A stretch of DNA of 64,000 bases from Macrostomum hystrix (taxonomy: Eukaryota > Animalia > Platyhelminthes), in assembly GCA_950097015.1 (NCBI GenBank), contig CATNEN010000007.1, positions 7,316,001 to 7,380,000 of the forward strand, read 5' to 3'. Shown one piece after another: positions 1 through 13,397 of the stretch; positions within the stretch are counted from its first letter, which is position 1, and the number at the start of each line of letters is the position of its first letter. Position numbers and translations under genes: made by a program. A model generated the notes under the pieces. It saw only the letters and a program-made list of their open reading frames with translations. It did no database searches and had not been told where the DNA came from.

Positions 1-61
1 AGGGGTGACTGAGGAGACGGAGTGACAGGAAATAGTGTACATCACTGCTTCATTACTTCAG

Positions 62-225
62 ACCACAAAGTGTCTCACACGGCCTCGTCGTCTCTGAGTC
101 AGTCGCCGGCGCGCCAGTCGGCAGAGTCGCGCATGTGGCGTACGGTGCTGCAGCGGCACAACGTCTGGGTGGACGGCAACTTTCAGCTGCGCGAGTCGCT
201 GCTGCCCTGTTCGGACTGCTCATGA
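62..225 (+). CDS. Probable terminal coding exon of an unidentified gene that begins upstream of the window
   Basis: Acceptor-like cattacttcag ends at 61, followed by a GC-rich, codon-like ORF (HKVSHTASSSLSQSPARQSAESRMWRTVLQRHNVWVDGNFQLRESLLPCSDCS*) and then an AT-rich 3'UTR-like sequence. No family recognised. Confidence 0.45.
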
Positions 226-1448
226 GAGTCGCCTTGTGCTTTATCTTCTGGCCCAGCATTGAATCCAAGCATTTTCTTAGTTTTTTGCCCTGATGCTTAA
301 TAACTGCCATAAACAGCTGTGAGATGAGATGTGAGATGAGATGAGATGAAATGAAAACATGCATTGTGTTTTCAGCGCAAACACCTGTATATTTACATAT
401 ATACCCAACTCAGTTGAGCTTAGTAATTCCCACAGCGTTCATTGATATTATTAGTCTAATTTCACGCGGCATCAATTGGATTGTAGGTTGAATATTCAAC
501 TTGTAGCGCTTCATTAATAGCTGTGCCCATAGCAGCTTTTGTTAACGTGCTTTGTATAGGCGAAAATATTCTTAATGCACTACTTAAACATACACTAACA
601 GTAGCGAAATGCGCATGTTAATTAAACTGATCATTAAGATTTGTCTCGCCCACTCACTTATCTAAAGTATGGAATTATACGAGTAAAATGCGCAAAAATG
701 AAAGCGCAATCACTTTTGACGTATGCTAGGCCCGCTTATTGTCTAGTCTGTTTTCTGCTTATCGATACAAACCAATTGCAATACAATTCTACTGAGTCAT
801 TTTAAACTGTAAATGCGCGCAATGCAAAAAATACAATACAGAGAAACGTTTCAAGTCTGTTTTCTTCCAGACGGCCAACAAATAATAGCAGAGACAGGAC
901 AGTAAGCCAGCCTCGCAAATATTAGATGTCATAATTGATTCATTATATTCAGCTCATTAAACTGCAAATAGGCTAGACAAAACGTTGATCTGATGATATA
1001 TAATAGATCTAAGGACAATAATGAATGGCATGGGACTTTTGCGAGTCAATGAATTGAAATGTCAATTCAATTAGTGTTTTGATAAACTTAGTGCTTAAAG
1101 TTACACGCAAAACTGTTAATGATTCTGAATTTTGAATAAACCAAAAACGGTGGAGGCACTCAGCAGTGCAGATTTCCAATCAGGCTCATAATAAGAATTT
1201 GCGAAACAGAAGGCTTTGAAAGTAGACAAATAAGGGCCCGAAACCGTACCAATAAAGTGTGAACTCAGAAACGACATATATTAAATTTCGAGACAAAAGT
1301 CATACAACAACAGTGACGGCAGAATTAAAGACTACTAAAAGTTTAGAATTAGAAGTAAAGACTCAACAATAATAATAATTACGCGCCCTGAAGGTTCAGG
1401 CATTCAATTGTTTTTCCATCGCGCCGCAGAAATTGCCATCAAGTGAAT

Positions 1449-3227
1449 TTAACGCTTGCCAGCGCCGGAGCCGGTGCTGAGAAGAGCTACAAAGCCAGAC
1501 GAGAGCAGCATGGACAGCAAGTAGTTCACCAGATTGGAGCTGGAGCGCAGCAGGAAGAAGGACAGGAACACAACCAGCAGCAGGAAGATGACGTTGTTAA
1601 AGAAGATGGAGAAGGTCGTGGCCTCGTAGTCGGCGACTTCGTTTTTGCGCCACAGTAGCATGTCGTCGCGCTCCTTCTTGCTGACCTTCTTACCCTTGGG
1701 CGCCTCCTGGTTCAACTCCTGGTTGATAGCGTCCTCGCGCACCTGGCTGATGCGGTGCTTGACCACGAATTTAACATTCTTGTAGGCAAAGGCGATCAAG
1801 TAGGAGCAGCCTAGGACCACAGCGATGAATAGTGGTGCATTCTGGTAGGGATCCATCATGTGGATGCGCCAGAACAGCACTGTGTGGATTGGCAAGTGTG
1901 GCTCATTTATAATTATCTCATGGTACACAGCTCTGCTTAGTAAGTGCACTAAATAGGGCAACTTATCCACAATACTAAAAATGATGTGTCTAACAAGCTA
2001 CTAGAACCTACTTTTTATAAATATATATATATAAAGTAATGCAAAGCTAATAGTAATAGGAGTATTACTCAAAGATAAAATATCACCACTAAATTTCGAT
2101 TTAAGCATCAAGACTATTGGTAAAAATTTTGAAATAACTACTAGAGTACAAGATCTCTATTAGAGAAGCTCAATAAAAAAACTATATTAACATTGCTGCA
2201 AATGTCTTTCACTTTTATTTATGTAGCTGTATACAATAACTAACTTTGAAACATTTCTATTTGAAGTCTACAAAAACAAAAGACTAACATTGCCATTATC
2301 TATTTCTAAATTCTTTTAATGGTTTAGATAACTAAATTATATTGCCAAATCAAAAGAGGAGAATTTGTACATATAGAATTACAAGGATTAGTTAAACATT
2401 TATTAAAAGTATCAATTTTTTTATATTAATGAGCATAGCTATATCTTTACAGACTAGCCAGGACTTGTTAAGAACTGTAAATTAAAGACTTTTCTCTCAA
2501 TTTCTAAAAAATAATCACACCTAAAAATAGAACACAGCAACTATATTTTTTAATATATTTTAAATAAGACCTATTAAGAACAACTATTTCATTTATCTTT
2601 CTTTACCAATTATGTTTATTGCCAAAACATGAAAAAGTAATGTCAGAAAGAGTTTATTGATGATTTATGAAATATATACAGATAGCTAACCTAATTGTAT
2701 TATTGAGTTTTACATAGGACAATCATAAATAATATAAGAAGCTTTTATCATTAAAAAATATGATTGAAAAAATACATAATTGTTTAATATAACAGTATGT
2801 AATCATGATAGTTTTGCCCATTTAATTCTTTTTTAAAGATCATACTTTCATACTTTAAAATCTGAGTTTAAGTAAATACTTGAACTCAGGCGAGTTTTTG
2901 AATGATAGGGCAGTGAATTGCAAAAACCAAAAAGAGAGAGAAGAGAAGGGAGTATAACGGGACTATAAGGTAAAGGTCATCAACAATTTTTTATAAAGTC
3001 AATATTATATAATTAATAATTTCGACTAGCTTATGCCAAGCTTACAGTGGAAACACAAACGTACAAGTAAAGTTTATAAATACATAAAATCTCAATAGCT
3101 TACTGATAGGCACGGCGGAGACAATCAGTCCATTGCCATAGAATAGGGCATTCGACTTAGTCGAAAGACTCCTGCTATAATCTTGCAGCAGGATATCCTC
3201 TTGTTTGGATGTAAGTTTCGGGGCCAT
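1449..3227 (-). CDS. SSR3: Translocon-associated protein subunit gamma (TRAP-gamma), 2 exons, 184 aa
   Basis: Exon 1 3227-3104 ([41 protein letters not shown]) with donor GTAAGC at 3103. Acceptor cacacag, then exon 2 1879-1449 (LFWRIH...[13 protein letters not shown]...[29 protein letters not shown]...[10 protein letters not shown]). Phase-1 join gives 555 nt. The motifs are characteristic of TRAP-gamma. Confidence 0.95.
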
Positions 3228-3529
3228 TTCTATATTTTTAACAGGCAACGAAACTAGTGTAAAACTATGAAATTCGTACACGATACCTACTCGTGAATTT
3301 TAGGTCCCCTGGCGATATAAAAGTTCGCAGCCCAACTCAGCAAAATGTAAATTTTTAAACATTGACAATTACAGTTTAACAAAAGAACAGACACTATAGA
3401 CTAAATCAATTTGCAAAAAGTAATAAATCAAGAGGAAAAAAAGAAAAAACTTTTTTCGAAACAATTTATTAACAAAGCACTATAATATTTTGTCGTAAAA
3501 TTAAGTCCAGAGTAAAAAAATCGCAATGA

Positions 3530-3620
3530 CAGTATCCGTTAGTGTATTTTTCGCGGTAACCGCCTTAAATTTTTTTATAAGAAACGTAGTTTCCCGTCCT
3601 TCTACTCCTAGTGGTCCTTG
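3530..3620. mobile_element. Partial copy (one end) of the MITE-like family also seen at 13398-13672
   Basis: 3577-3620 taagaaacgtagtttcccgtccttctactcctagtggtccttg nearly matches the TIR at 13628-13672. 3530-3577 aligns with the reverse complement of about 13443-13490. Confidence 0.6.
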
Positions 3621-3737
3621 CATGAATTTTGTTGAAGGCTCGTGCTTGGACTCGTGCTCCGGCAACCCACCAGCCAGTTTAGCCATGGATCGCTGTACCC
3701 AGCCAGCCCGGTGGTATAAGCCAAGGTGTGAGCCTTT

Positions 3738-6700
3738 TGACTTACTTGACTTAGCTGCAGGGCGGTCCCATTGATGGATACAGCGGGAAGACGATGCCGC
3801 CCATTCCGCTAGTCCCTGAACGACCGACGCACCGCCACGGACGAGGAGTTGGCGTCGCCCAGGGAGGTCCGTCGGAGTCGCTCTCCGCAGCCACGTCGCT
3901 CCCTGGAAGAGGGAGTTCAGCTCTGCGGGTGGCCCGAAGGTAGTGCATGAGCTGATTAAAGTTTTCGGGTTTACATGCTTCCTGGATGGAAGTATGTGGC
4001 CCGAGATAGGTAATTCTGTCCCGCATGAAGGCGGGGCAGATGCTGACAAAATGTTCAGCGGTTTAGTCACCTGAGTTGCAAAAACTACAGGTAGCGTGGT
4101 GCCTGGTGAAGCATCCATGCCCAGCCAGGGTCATGGTGGCCGCTCGGATGTCCTTGCGCGGGAGACGCAGAAGGAGGTTCCGGAGTTTGCGGGAGGGCTG
4201 CGGAACAGCCTCTCTAGAATTGCCTGCAGTTGTTGCAGTTCGCCCAGAGCGAGTAGTGCTGTAGTTTCACCCACGCTTCGTGAGTTGATGACACAGTTTG
4301 GGACTGGAACCAGAGGTTCGGGTCCCCAGGAGGATCCAGCGGCGCCGGCTTTCGCTAGAACGTCAGCCAGCTCGTTGCCCTGAAATCCCTCGTGTCCGGG
4401 CACCCATTTGAGGGTGACCTTGTTGGTGGAGGCCAACATGTTGAGATGCTTGATGCAGTCGAGGACCGTTGCCGAGCCAATGCAGCGACTGCGGATGGCA
4501 TACAGTGCTGCCTGACTCTCAGAGTAGGAGATGATATCCTGAGATATCAGCATGCAGACACCGAAACCGGTGTTTTTTGACTGTTTTGATCCATCAGTGT
4601 AGCAATGAAGTTCACCGCGACTCCAGCTGTCATTGATTTCGTCGCGGGGATCGATGATTACGTCGTAGCCTTGTCTCGCGTTCGGTCTCGAGGCGATGTT
4701 ATCCGTGAGGACATATTGGGCATCGCACTCGTTGAGGATTTTGAGGCAAAGATCGCTGTGAGGGATAATTTTCCTCTTAGCGAATGCTCTCATAAACTTG
4801 AACTTGACGCCCACATCAAGTAGACGCCTAGTCGATTTGGCTGCTTCGCCTCTGGTAAAGATGTCCAGAGGTGGAATATCCAAGTAGGCCGCCATACCAG
4901 CAAAGGGTGTTGATCTGGTGGCGTTGCAGATCAGTCGACATGCCCGTCCCTGGACCGTGTTGAGCAGAATAGCATGACTCTTGACCTGGGTAGTGCTGAC
5001 CCAGATCAAGGAGGCGTAGGTGATGGCGGGTCTCACCACAGAGGTATAGATCCACCAAAGACGCTTTGGGGATAAACCCCAGGAGGTTCCCAGGGCACGC
5101 CGGAGCTGCGCTAGGATCGCAGAAGCACGTTGTGCTTTGGCCTTCACGTGGAAAGACCAGTTGAGTCTGTGGTCGAGCATGACCCCAAGACACCTGGTCC
5201 TTTGAGCGAAGGTGATGTCCTTGCCATAGAGTTGCAGAGGCTTTATGTTCCACCGGATCTTGCTGGTGAACATAATGGCAACAGTTTTAGGCTCTGAAAG
5301 CCTTAAGCCGTTGTCCTCGGCCCAGGTCTCAGCTTTGCCTAGAAACGCTTGCATAAGATCCCTGAGCGTGCTAGGCGACGGTCCCGCAACAATGGCTGTG
5401 ACGTCGTCGGCATACCCGATTTTTTGTACGGGGTCAGGTCTGGAACTGCTCAGGAGAGAGTCGATGACCATGTTCCAGAGGGTGGGAGTAAGGACTCCCC
5501 CTTGGGGGCCGCATTTACGAACCCTGGTAGTGGCAGTCTGCCCAAGCAGATGAGCAGTAACTGTTCGGTTCGAGATCATGTACATAATCCACCGAATAAG
5601 ACACGCGTGAGCTTTACGATCCCGGAGGGTCTTCTCAAACGCCTGGAACAGGACATTGTCGAAGGCCCCTTCGAAGTCGAGAAAAAGAGCAAGGGCATAG
5701 CCGTCACCCAGCACAGCCTGCTCGATGATCTCCACGATCGCATGTAGGGCGCTCTCAGTCGACCTCCCAGTACGGAAGGCATGCTGATTGTCGCTGAGAG
5801 GTGTTGCAGTCAGCTCGGAGGATAGCAGCTGCCAGTGCACCAACCTCTCCATCAGCTTAAGCAGGAAGGAAGCTAAGCTGATCGGCCTGAAGGCCTTAAC
5901 GCTCTGGTAGTCTCCCTTCCCTGGCTTCGAAGACCACCCGAGCATTTGTCCAGCAGCTGGGCACAAACCCTAGCCGGATCGATGCCCGCATGAGGTTGCA
6001 GGTAATACTCTGGAACTTCTGGATCTTCGCCGCCTCGCGAAGGAGGATTGGGTAGATGCCATCAGGTCCTGGAGACTTGAAAGGTTTGAAGGTCCAAACG
6101 GCACGAGCAATTTGGTCTTCATTGATGATGATCGTCGCCAGGATGTCGCCTTCCAGCGAGTGGTTTGGCTCCATGTTGGCTGTGGGAACCGGTGGGAAGA
6201 AACTGCCTAGCATGCGTTGGAGTACTCCCTGCGGTTCTTGGTGAGAGAGCCATCATCATTCTTGATCATGGCTAGCTTGGACATCTTGTCCATAGTAAGC
6301 GCTTTGACAAGCCTTGAGGTAGGCTTGTCTTTGTCCAATTCATCGCAGAATTGTCTCCACTTACTTTCCTTGGCCTTGCGGATCTCGCGTTTGAAGTCCC
6401 TCGAGGCCGAGCGGAAGCTTTCCATGTCCTCCGGCTTACCAGATTTCATGGCTCGACGATGCAGGGTTTTTGCCCTGTGTCGGAGTTTCCCCAACTCCGG
6501 GTTCCACCACGGCGCTGAGGAATTGCCTTTGTAGGCACGGATAGGGCAGGCAGCTTCGTAGGCCGCAGTAATGCAGCCTGTAAGCTTTTCCGCCGCGCGG
6601 TCCACTTCCTCGCAGTTGATCATAGGAATTTCCTCCATGAGCTCCTGCAGGTGAGACTCTAGGATAGCTGTGTAGGCCGTCCAGTCAGTTGTTACGGATG

Positions 6701-6830
6701 TTGCATCTCCAAGTGCAACACCTGGTTCGCTGATTAACACCCGCAATATTGAAAGCTACGAAGCTGTGGTCAGACAAGGATGGTTCGTCGAGCCAGACCC
6801 TCCACCCCTCGATGCTATTGAATAGCCGCA
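3738..6830 (-). mobile_element. 5'-truncated, frameshifted non-LTR retrotransposon (end of APE, RT, RNase H, Cys/His motif); I-group, LOA/Lian-like
   Basis: Fragmented ORFs 6207-6746, 5896-6213 and 4131-5966. Endonuclease end SLSDH; KSPGPDG; RT motifs RPISL, QHAFR, LDFEGAFD, PQGGVL, YADD; RNase H YTDGS...WVPGH.G..GNELAD.LAK (with an internal deletion); degenerate CSFC...EHF...C near 4090-4030; short tandem tail TAAGTCAAGTAAGTCAA at about 3753-3737. Confidence 0.9.
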
Positions 6831-8230
6831 GGTCACCGCGGCCTCCAGCAGCGACCAGCAACTAGCAACCAGCAGCGGAGCTGGACTTGCAGCTGGCGAT
6901 CTCGGCAGCCAGCAGGAACAGCCGCCCATCAAAACAGAATCGGCCCCGGCAGCAGCGTGTGGACGATGTTTGTGTTACTATACGAGCTTATCGCCGCCAG
7001 TTTGGCGCGCAGGCCCGCCGCTGCACTGCGCCCTGCAGTGTTGTTTAGTAGTCCTTAAGTTGCTGATGTGTCCAAGACCGCAGTCATTCGGCCTCTTCTA
7101 GCTCCTCCGCAGGTCTTCAAGCGCCTCGTCGAATCTGTCTGCCAGGCCCTAAACTTCTAAATGTAAATGTTTGCCTATATTGACGACGTCTTGGTGGCCA
7201 GCAACAAACCGCAGCAGCACCTGGAGCACCTGCACACGCTTATCCAGCGTAAAACCCCTGGAAAACCTTACTGACGGAAGCGGCGCTCTTCTCGGGCACT
7301 CAGATATGCGTGGACATGGCGTCAACCAGAATCAGCAGGAAGCCAACCTTCAGAATGTGAGCATTGTCCACCCCCACGGCTTAGACTGGGCGGGCCATTT
7401 TGGATACTTTTCGGCCACCAGACACAGTTGCGAAATAGTGCTCGTGATGCCCGTGGTCTCCGCTACAGGACGCGACTGCGTAGTAAGGCAGGAATGACAG
7501 CCGTAGCACACCAATGAGTCGTCTAGAGTGAGCGCGTGACGGATCGCCTTGAATGGTCGAGCAACCCGACCATCGGCTTCCAGTTATTCTTCGAGCGATT
7601 TCCGCTAGCAGCCTGTCGCGTCTTGTTTCCTCTCCCGGCTCAGTGCAGCCGATGACGCTTTCTCCAACCCAATGCACCAGGTGTTGTTGGTTCTCTGCTT
7701 CGAATTGATCGTCCGGGACGTCAGCAGAGTCGAAACGGGACAGTGCATCGGCGTGTGGGATGTCCTCTCCAGGGGCGAACGTACTCAATTGTGAAATCAA
7801 ATTTAATGATCGCCCAGCACAGGGGGTGAGTGTTGGCAACCTTTAGGAGCTGATGCCTTGTTTCGAATAGGAACTCGAGAGGGCGGTTATCCGTTCGCAA
7901 GGTAAATCGCTTGCCCAGTTAGAAACTGACGGGCGCTCACCATTGACCACACAATCGCCAGCGCCTCTTATGTTGGAATATGTTGGATGTTGGAATAGCG
8001 CACTTCTGCATCCATTAAACCCCGACTGAAGTATGGGACGGGGTGGCATTCTTGTGTGAGCAAGGCGGCCACCACCTCACTGGCGTCGGTCTTGAGCGTT
8101 ACCTCCTTAGTCCGGTAGTACGAGCTCGTATGACTGGATTATCGGCCAGAGCTAAGGAGCTTTTTCAGCTAATCGAAGGCCTTTCTTGCGCAGTTGTCCA
8201 GATAAACACTGGACGAATCCTATCCAATGC
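6830..8230. mobile_element. Jumble of degraded Ty3/Gypsy LTR-retrotransposon fragments in both orientations
   Basis: + strand about 7170-7250 reads FAYIDDVLVASNKPQQHLEHL (RT YxDD). - strand 7381-8230 has frameshifted RNase H and integrase-linker remnants (IPHADALSR, ETRRDRLLAEI, YSNI). Confidence 0.7.
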
Positions 8231-8782
8231 TCTTCAAGTCTACAACAACAACAAAAATATAGTACGCTGTCAGAGTCTAGTACAGCGTCAAGTCTACGAA
8301 TATTATAAGTAGCCAGTCATTGAGATTGAATCTCTTACTTCATGCGTCACAAACTGATGCACCCGCGAACAATTAAGACAAGTTCATAAAGCACATGTAG
8401 GGCAGCAAAGCTCGCATGCGTTTTACGTAATTTTGAAAAAAAATGTCGTACAATTCTCTCCTATACTATAGAATTTTTTCCGTTTTTCAGTCAAGCACAG
8501 CTACTAACAACTGAAAAAAGTTGACAGTCCTTCATGTGTAGAGCAGTCCTCTTGACTTAAGTCCGGGACTGCTAAAGCAATGCTAAACCGGTACTAAACG
8601 TATAGTCCTTGTTACGAGTCTAAACAAAAAATTTTCTGAAAATCAGTCAATTTGCTATAGTCCTGATTGGTTGAGGGGCGTTTCAGTTATAAAGATTGCA
8701 CAAGTGCAAAAGTTTTCTAAAAAAGGAAGAATCAATTGATCAAGGACAAAAAACTCGGCAATCAACGGTGAAGTTAAAAAAT

Positions 8783-10674
8783 TTACGAAGCTGCTGATAT
8801 TGTTACAGATGACTCCAGATAATCAGCGCCTTCTGATCCAAGAGGCTTTCCAATTGAACAGTCAACTTTCTCAATGACGGTGAGGCGACAAGCTTCGTCA
8901 GAAACTAGACCATTGTTGCCGACGGTGAGGCGACAAGCTTCGTCAGGAACTAGACCATTGTTGCCGACGGTGAGGCGACAAGCTTCGTCAGGAACTAGAC
9001 CATTGTTGCCGATTTCGGGCTTATTTTTCATCTCTAGTTCGATTTGTAATCCCTCTGGAAGATGCTGGCCGCTCGTCTCGGTCATCAGAAACGGAGCGGC
9101 AGCGGCAGCAATCAGGGGGAAGCAAGCGAAGACAAGGAAAGGCAGCGGGCGCCACAGACTGTCGAGGGCGGGAACCAACGTGCTGATCAGGGCGCCTGCC
9201 CGTGAAACGGAAGAGCCGCTGCCGACTCCGACGCTGCGCAAGTCGGTGGGAAATACCTCGGTAGCGTACAGGAACGTTAGATCGAAGGCCATGTTGATCC
9301 AGAACTTGCCTGCCAAGGCCATTCCGACTCGCCACGCTGTGAGGTCGGGAAAGTCAGTGAGAACCGCAACTGCGAGCAGGCAAAGGCCGGCCAGACCGAA
9401 GGAGCCCCAGACTCCGGGACGTCGACCGAGTTTCAAGCTGATTAGAGAACACAGTAGACGCGAAGGTGGCTCCACTGCGGCTGAGGACAGCTGGTTGATG
9501 AATATGTCGCCGCCTACACGACCGACGCCCAAGGCGACTCCATAGTACGCCACGGAGACGGCAAAGAAGAGGAACCAGGAGAACAACGTGCGTCGACGAA
9601 GACTCGGCTCCCTCATCAAACGGCGAAAGCTGTCTGCCATGGCTGACTTTGTGACTACGCTGCCTCGCTTTTTTGCCAACAGTGCCTCCGTAGAGAAATC
9701 CGAAGGAAGACGAAGACCTCCTCGACCATTGTTGAGTCGGTCGATGCGTCTCAGAGCTCTGTCAGCTTCACTGAAGCGTCCGACTGAAGCCAGCCAACGA
9801 GGCGACTCGCTCAGCAGACAGAGGCTAAATGAGAAGACCAAGCAGCAGAGTCCGGCGCACAGCAGCTGCTGTTGGTAGGTCCTGAGGAGGTAGGCGATGA
9901 GCACAAAGAGCGCAGTTCCCAATGTACATCCGTGATAGAGGTTCAGAGCCCAGATTTCCCGATGCTTCGCATCTGTGAGTTCCACGGCATAAGCCATGCC
10001 GCAGGCTGTGATGCCGCCGTCTCCGTGTCCGGCGAGAGCCTGGAGCAGACAGTAGAGCCACAGCCAGGGCGCCTGCGAGGCTCCGATCGTAGCAATGCCG
10101 AGGTTGACCTGAGAGATCTGGAAGAAAATTGGCATGCTTCAGTGATGAAGCCTTAAATATCGAGCAGAGCGTTTTTGTCGACTTGATTCACTGACGGCGA
10201 TTTTTTCGTTGTCAGCCAGACTCTGCTCCAGCATGTCTTGTACTTATTTTTCTAATAAACAATTGGCAGCTTCTGTCTCACCTGAATGACCCTCAGCCGG
10301 CCGATCCTGTCCGCCAGTCCTCCGTACACGATGCTGCCGACGAAGAAGCCAAGGAAGTAGCAGGTGGTCGGCAGGCTGGCCAGGAAGGCCCAGTCGCACT
10401 CCAGACCGAATCGAGAGGCGGCCGTCTCGACGAACACAGCAGCGCCGGAGGCACTCGAGTTGTCGGAGCCTGAGCAGTTCGCAGACACCTGCTGGGTGGT
10501 GAACACTGGCGACAGCGTGATGGCTACAGCAAATATAAACGCAGAAATCATCACCAGCAGAGTAAAAACGTTGAAGCGACCGGCTCCTCCGATCCGAGTG
10601 AAAGCAGCGTCTATGTCTTTCAGCTGCTGCTCCTTGATCAGCTCTTCAATAGGCTTCTTTATGCAGCAGGCCAT
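8783..10674 (-). CDS. SLC22/organic cation transporter-like MFS transporter, 2 exons
   Basis: Exon 1 10674-10282 (GGAGRF..., FGLECD, GFFVGSIVYGGLADRIGR) with donor GTGAGA. Acceptor ttcttccag, then exon 2 10117-8783 (ESPRWL, YYGVAL, VEPP, GRR, GKF, LYATEVFPTDLRSVGVG, SRAG, ETSG..LPE). Phase-0 join. Confidence 0.9.
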
Positions 10675-11231
10675 GATGGTGAAGACTTTGTTAGACTCCT
10701 GTAAAGTTTTACATAGTTCGAATAACGCTATTTTTCCGAACAGCTGTCAGTCTGAGTCCGTTTCTGAACGCACATTGTGGCTTTTTTGATCACTGCAAGA
10801 TCTTGTTTTTATGAAAACTCAATTTCGGAAACCCATAATCCACAGTGATAGAATTCACTGCCCGACGATGAGGAAGTCACACCAGAGGTACGCACAGGTG
10901 TGAGTGTGTGCCTGAGTATTTTTGTGCGTTCGTATGCTTAGGGCAGATTTGCCTCCTTGCTGGTTGCGGGTCGACTGCAGCCAAATGATTTGGCGGTGTT
11001 ACCACAGTGTGGGGTCCACGGCGGCCTATTTGCTGTTATTATAGCGCGTTAATGTAAGGCATAATATAAGAACATTAATATTTATTGTTCGGACTTATCT
11101 GCATTTGCATGGCTACTATTTTGCTAAAACAGTAAAACAGTAGCCAAGTGCAAGTTGCTAAGTGTTAGTGTTAGTTCTAATTCTGACTTCATCCCATCTT
11201 CTGCTGCGTTTCTGACTGCATTTGTGACTTA

Positions 11232-11321
11232 CACCATGTTGTACAGAATGTCCCGACGATAGGCCGCCATCGACTGATTCCCGCGCTGCTCAGCTGTCGG
11301 AGCGATGAACTTTTGCTGGTC
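11232..11321 (-). repeat. Inverted, near-identical copy of transposase segment 11909-11998
   Basis: The reverse complement encodes DQQKFIAPTAEQRGNQSMAAYRRDILYNMV versus DQQNFIAPTAEQRGNQSMAAYRRDILYNMV; only about 3 nt differ. Confidence 0.9.
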
Positions 11322-11399
11322 GTAAAGTAAAGCCGCACGTAACGGAGAAACGATCAGCGTTAAGCTTGATGGAGCTCTGCATACCGCTAAGTTGGCACG

Positions 11400-12110
11400 A
11401 GATCTCCCTGCAGATCGCAACTCCCCTCGTGTGATAGAATTTCGGAGAGTTTTGCGAGTGGCTTTGTTCTGTCGATGCCGTATCAGGCTATAAGATTTTC
11501 ATCGATGAATTTGGCTTTATTACGTGGATGAGGCGATCAATAGGGCGCTCTCGACGTGGTGAACGCGTATACAGGCAAGTGGCTACTCAGAAAGGACTTC
11601 GAGTTACCGTCTGCTTGGCCATTTGTCCAGGTGTCGGTGTCGTGCACTACCAAATTTATGATAAGGGCATGACTAAAGAGAAGTTTGGTGAGTTCCTGCA
11701 GATCACCGTCGGCAACTTCCAAGCTGCGTTCCCAGTATCGCGTTGTTATGTTGTCGTCGACAACGTAAGTTCTCACAATGATGCCGAAGACTACGAGATT
11801 CCGGCCACCATTCAGGTCAAGCGGCTTCCACCATACAGTCCATTTTTTACTCCTGTGGAGAACTCAATCTCCTGTTGGAAGGCCGCTCTGAAGAGAGAAC
11901 TAGCAGCAGACCAGCAAAATTTCATCGCTCCGACAGCTGAGCAGCGCGGGAATCAGTCGATGGCGGCCTATCGGCGAGACATTCTGTACAACATGGTGGA
12001 CAGAACCATTCGCTGCATCTGTGCGAACAAGTGCACTGAGTGGTTCAACCATGTATTTACATACGTCCTCGCTGCCTTGGTGGACAAGCAATTGATGGTT
12101 AGGTGTCGCA
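11400..12110 (+). mobile_element. Tc1/IS630-like DDE transposase remnant (N-terminus missing)
   Basis: IDEFG at about 11500, then ORF 11528-12217 with VVVDNVSSH...LPPYSPFFTPVE (D-x32-E) and WKAALKR. No intact N-terminal HTH or matched TIRs seen. Confidence 0.85.
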
Positions 12111-13397
12111 TTGAAGTTGACCAACTGACACTGTCTTGTTCCTGTTTTTCATTTTACTCTTTCGTTCGTCGATTTGTTGTGTTTTATTTCTTGAGTCTTT
12201 GTCGAAGTAGAAGATAACTTTGTTTCATTATGATGATTTGATATGTACGATGTGAGGTAAATTGTTAATTTTAAAATGTTAAATTTTGCGCGTGCGCGTC
12301 AATCGAGGACAATTTTTGACATGATAGACAGTCTGAATTGAATTTCTTCTGTTTCAATAGAAAGGGACTTTGTTTGAACTGAATTTCCGCAAGCGCTGAT
12401 ATTTCTTAAAGTGTTTAAATTGAAGTTCTGTTTGTTTCTTTTGAACAAGACTTTGTTCAAAATAGGAGGTAAAATGGTGTACTAACTACCATGTACTCGT
12501 ATGTACAATTATCTAAAAAAATTGTAAGTAGAATATTTTTTAACTCGAGTGTACAAGAAATCTCTCAAGTGTAATCTTACCAAGTTTGCTGTCCTTTGCA
12601 ATACCGTTCGTAATTAAGGCTATTTATTCCCACTCGAACTATATTTTTGTGCAGATAACTTAGGTATAGTTTCATCTGCCTCAATAATCTAGTTTTCGCT
12701 GTTGTGCAGGTCTGATGTTGTCAGTTGCTGGTCCTTTAAGCCCGAATCTGCCAGCTTTTGACTGGCATATGTCACCAGTGCTGTTGGTTGTAGTACAACT
12801 TTACCGTTAAGCAGCCGCACAGCAATACTTAGCTAAATGTAAATGTCAAAGCCTTTTAAATCGTTCGACCTGAAAAGAACTTTTATACATATGTGGGTTG
12901 GTCAGAACGGGTTTTAAAGCCATTTCGCTGCTTTCTTGCTCTCCAGGCAGGCTAATCTACGAGTATTATAGCAAAGCAAGTCGACAAATCAGCGTCACTT
13001 GTCGCACAGTTCAATTTTTGCTCAGAATTTTGCAGAGGCCTTTTCTCGGTGACATGGAAAAATTATCTATTATTGTATGGAAAGTCGTTTTTAAGAGATT
13101 ACATGCCACCTAAAGCGCGACTTAAATTTTAGGTCGAGTGCAGTGTTGGCGGTGTACCGAGTACGAAACTATCCGTAGTTTCTTTCTTGAAAAAATGCGG
13201 GAAGTAGTTTGAAAGACTATCGATTATAACAAAACAAGCTGACATTTTACTACTAACTGAAATGTTTAGTTAGTAGTAAACATTTCGACATTTAACTGAA
13301 ACTGAAACTAACCCTAAGAATTTGATTCTATAGTTAATATAAGCTTGGAGATATTGTAGCCTAGTGATTAGAGAGTCGGACTGGACCACTTGAAGGT

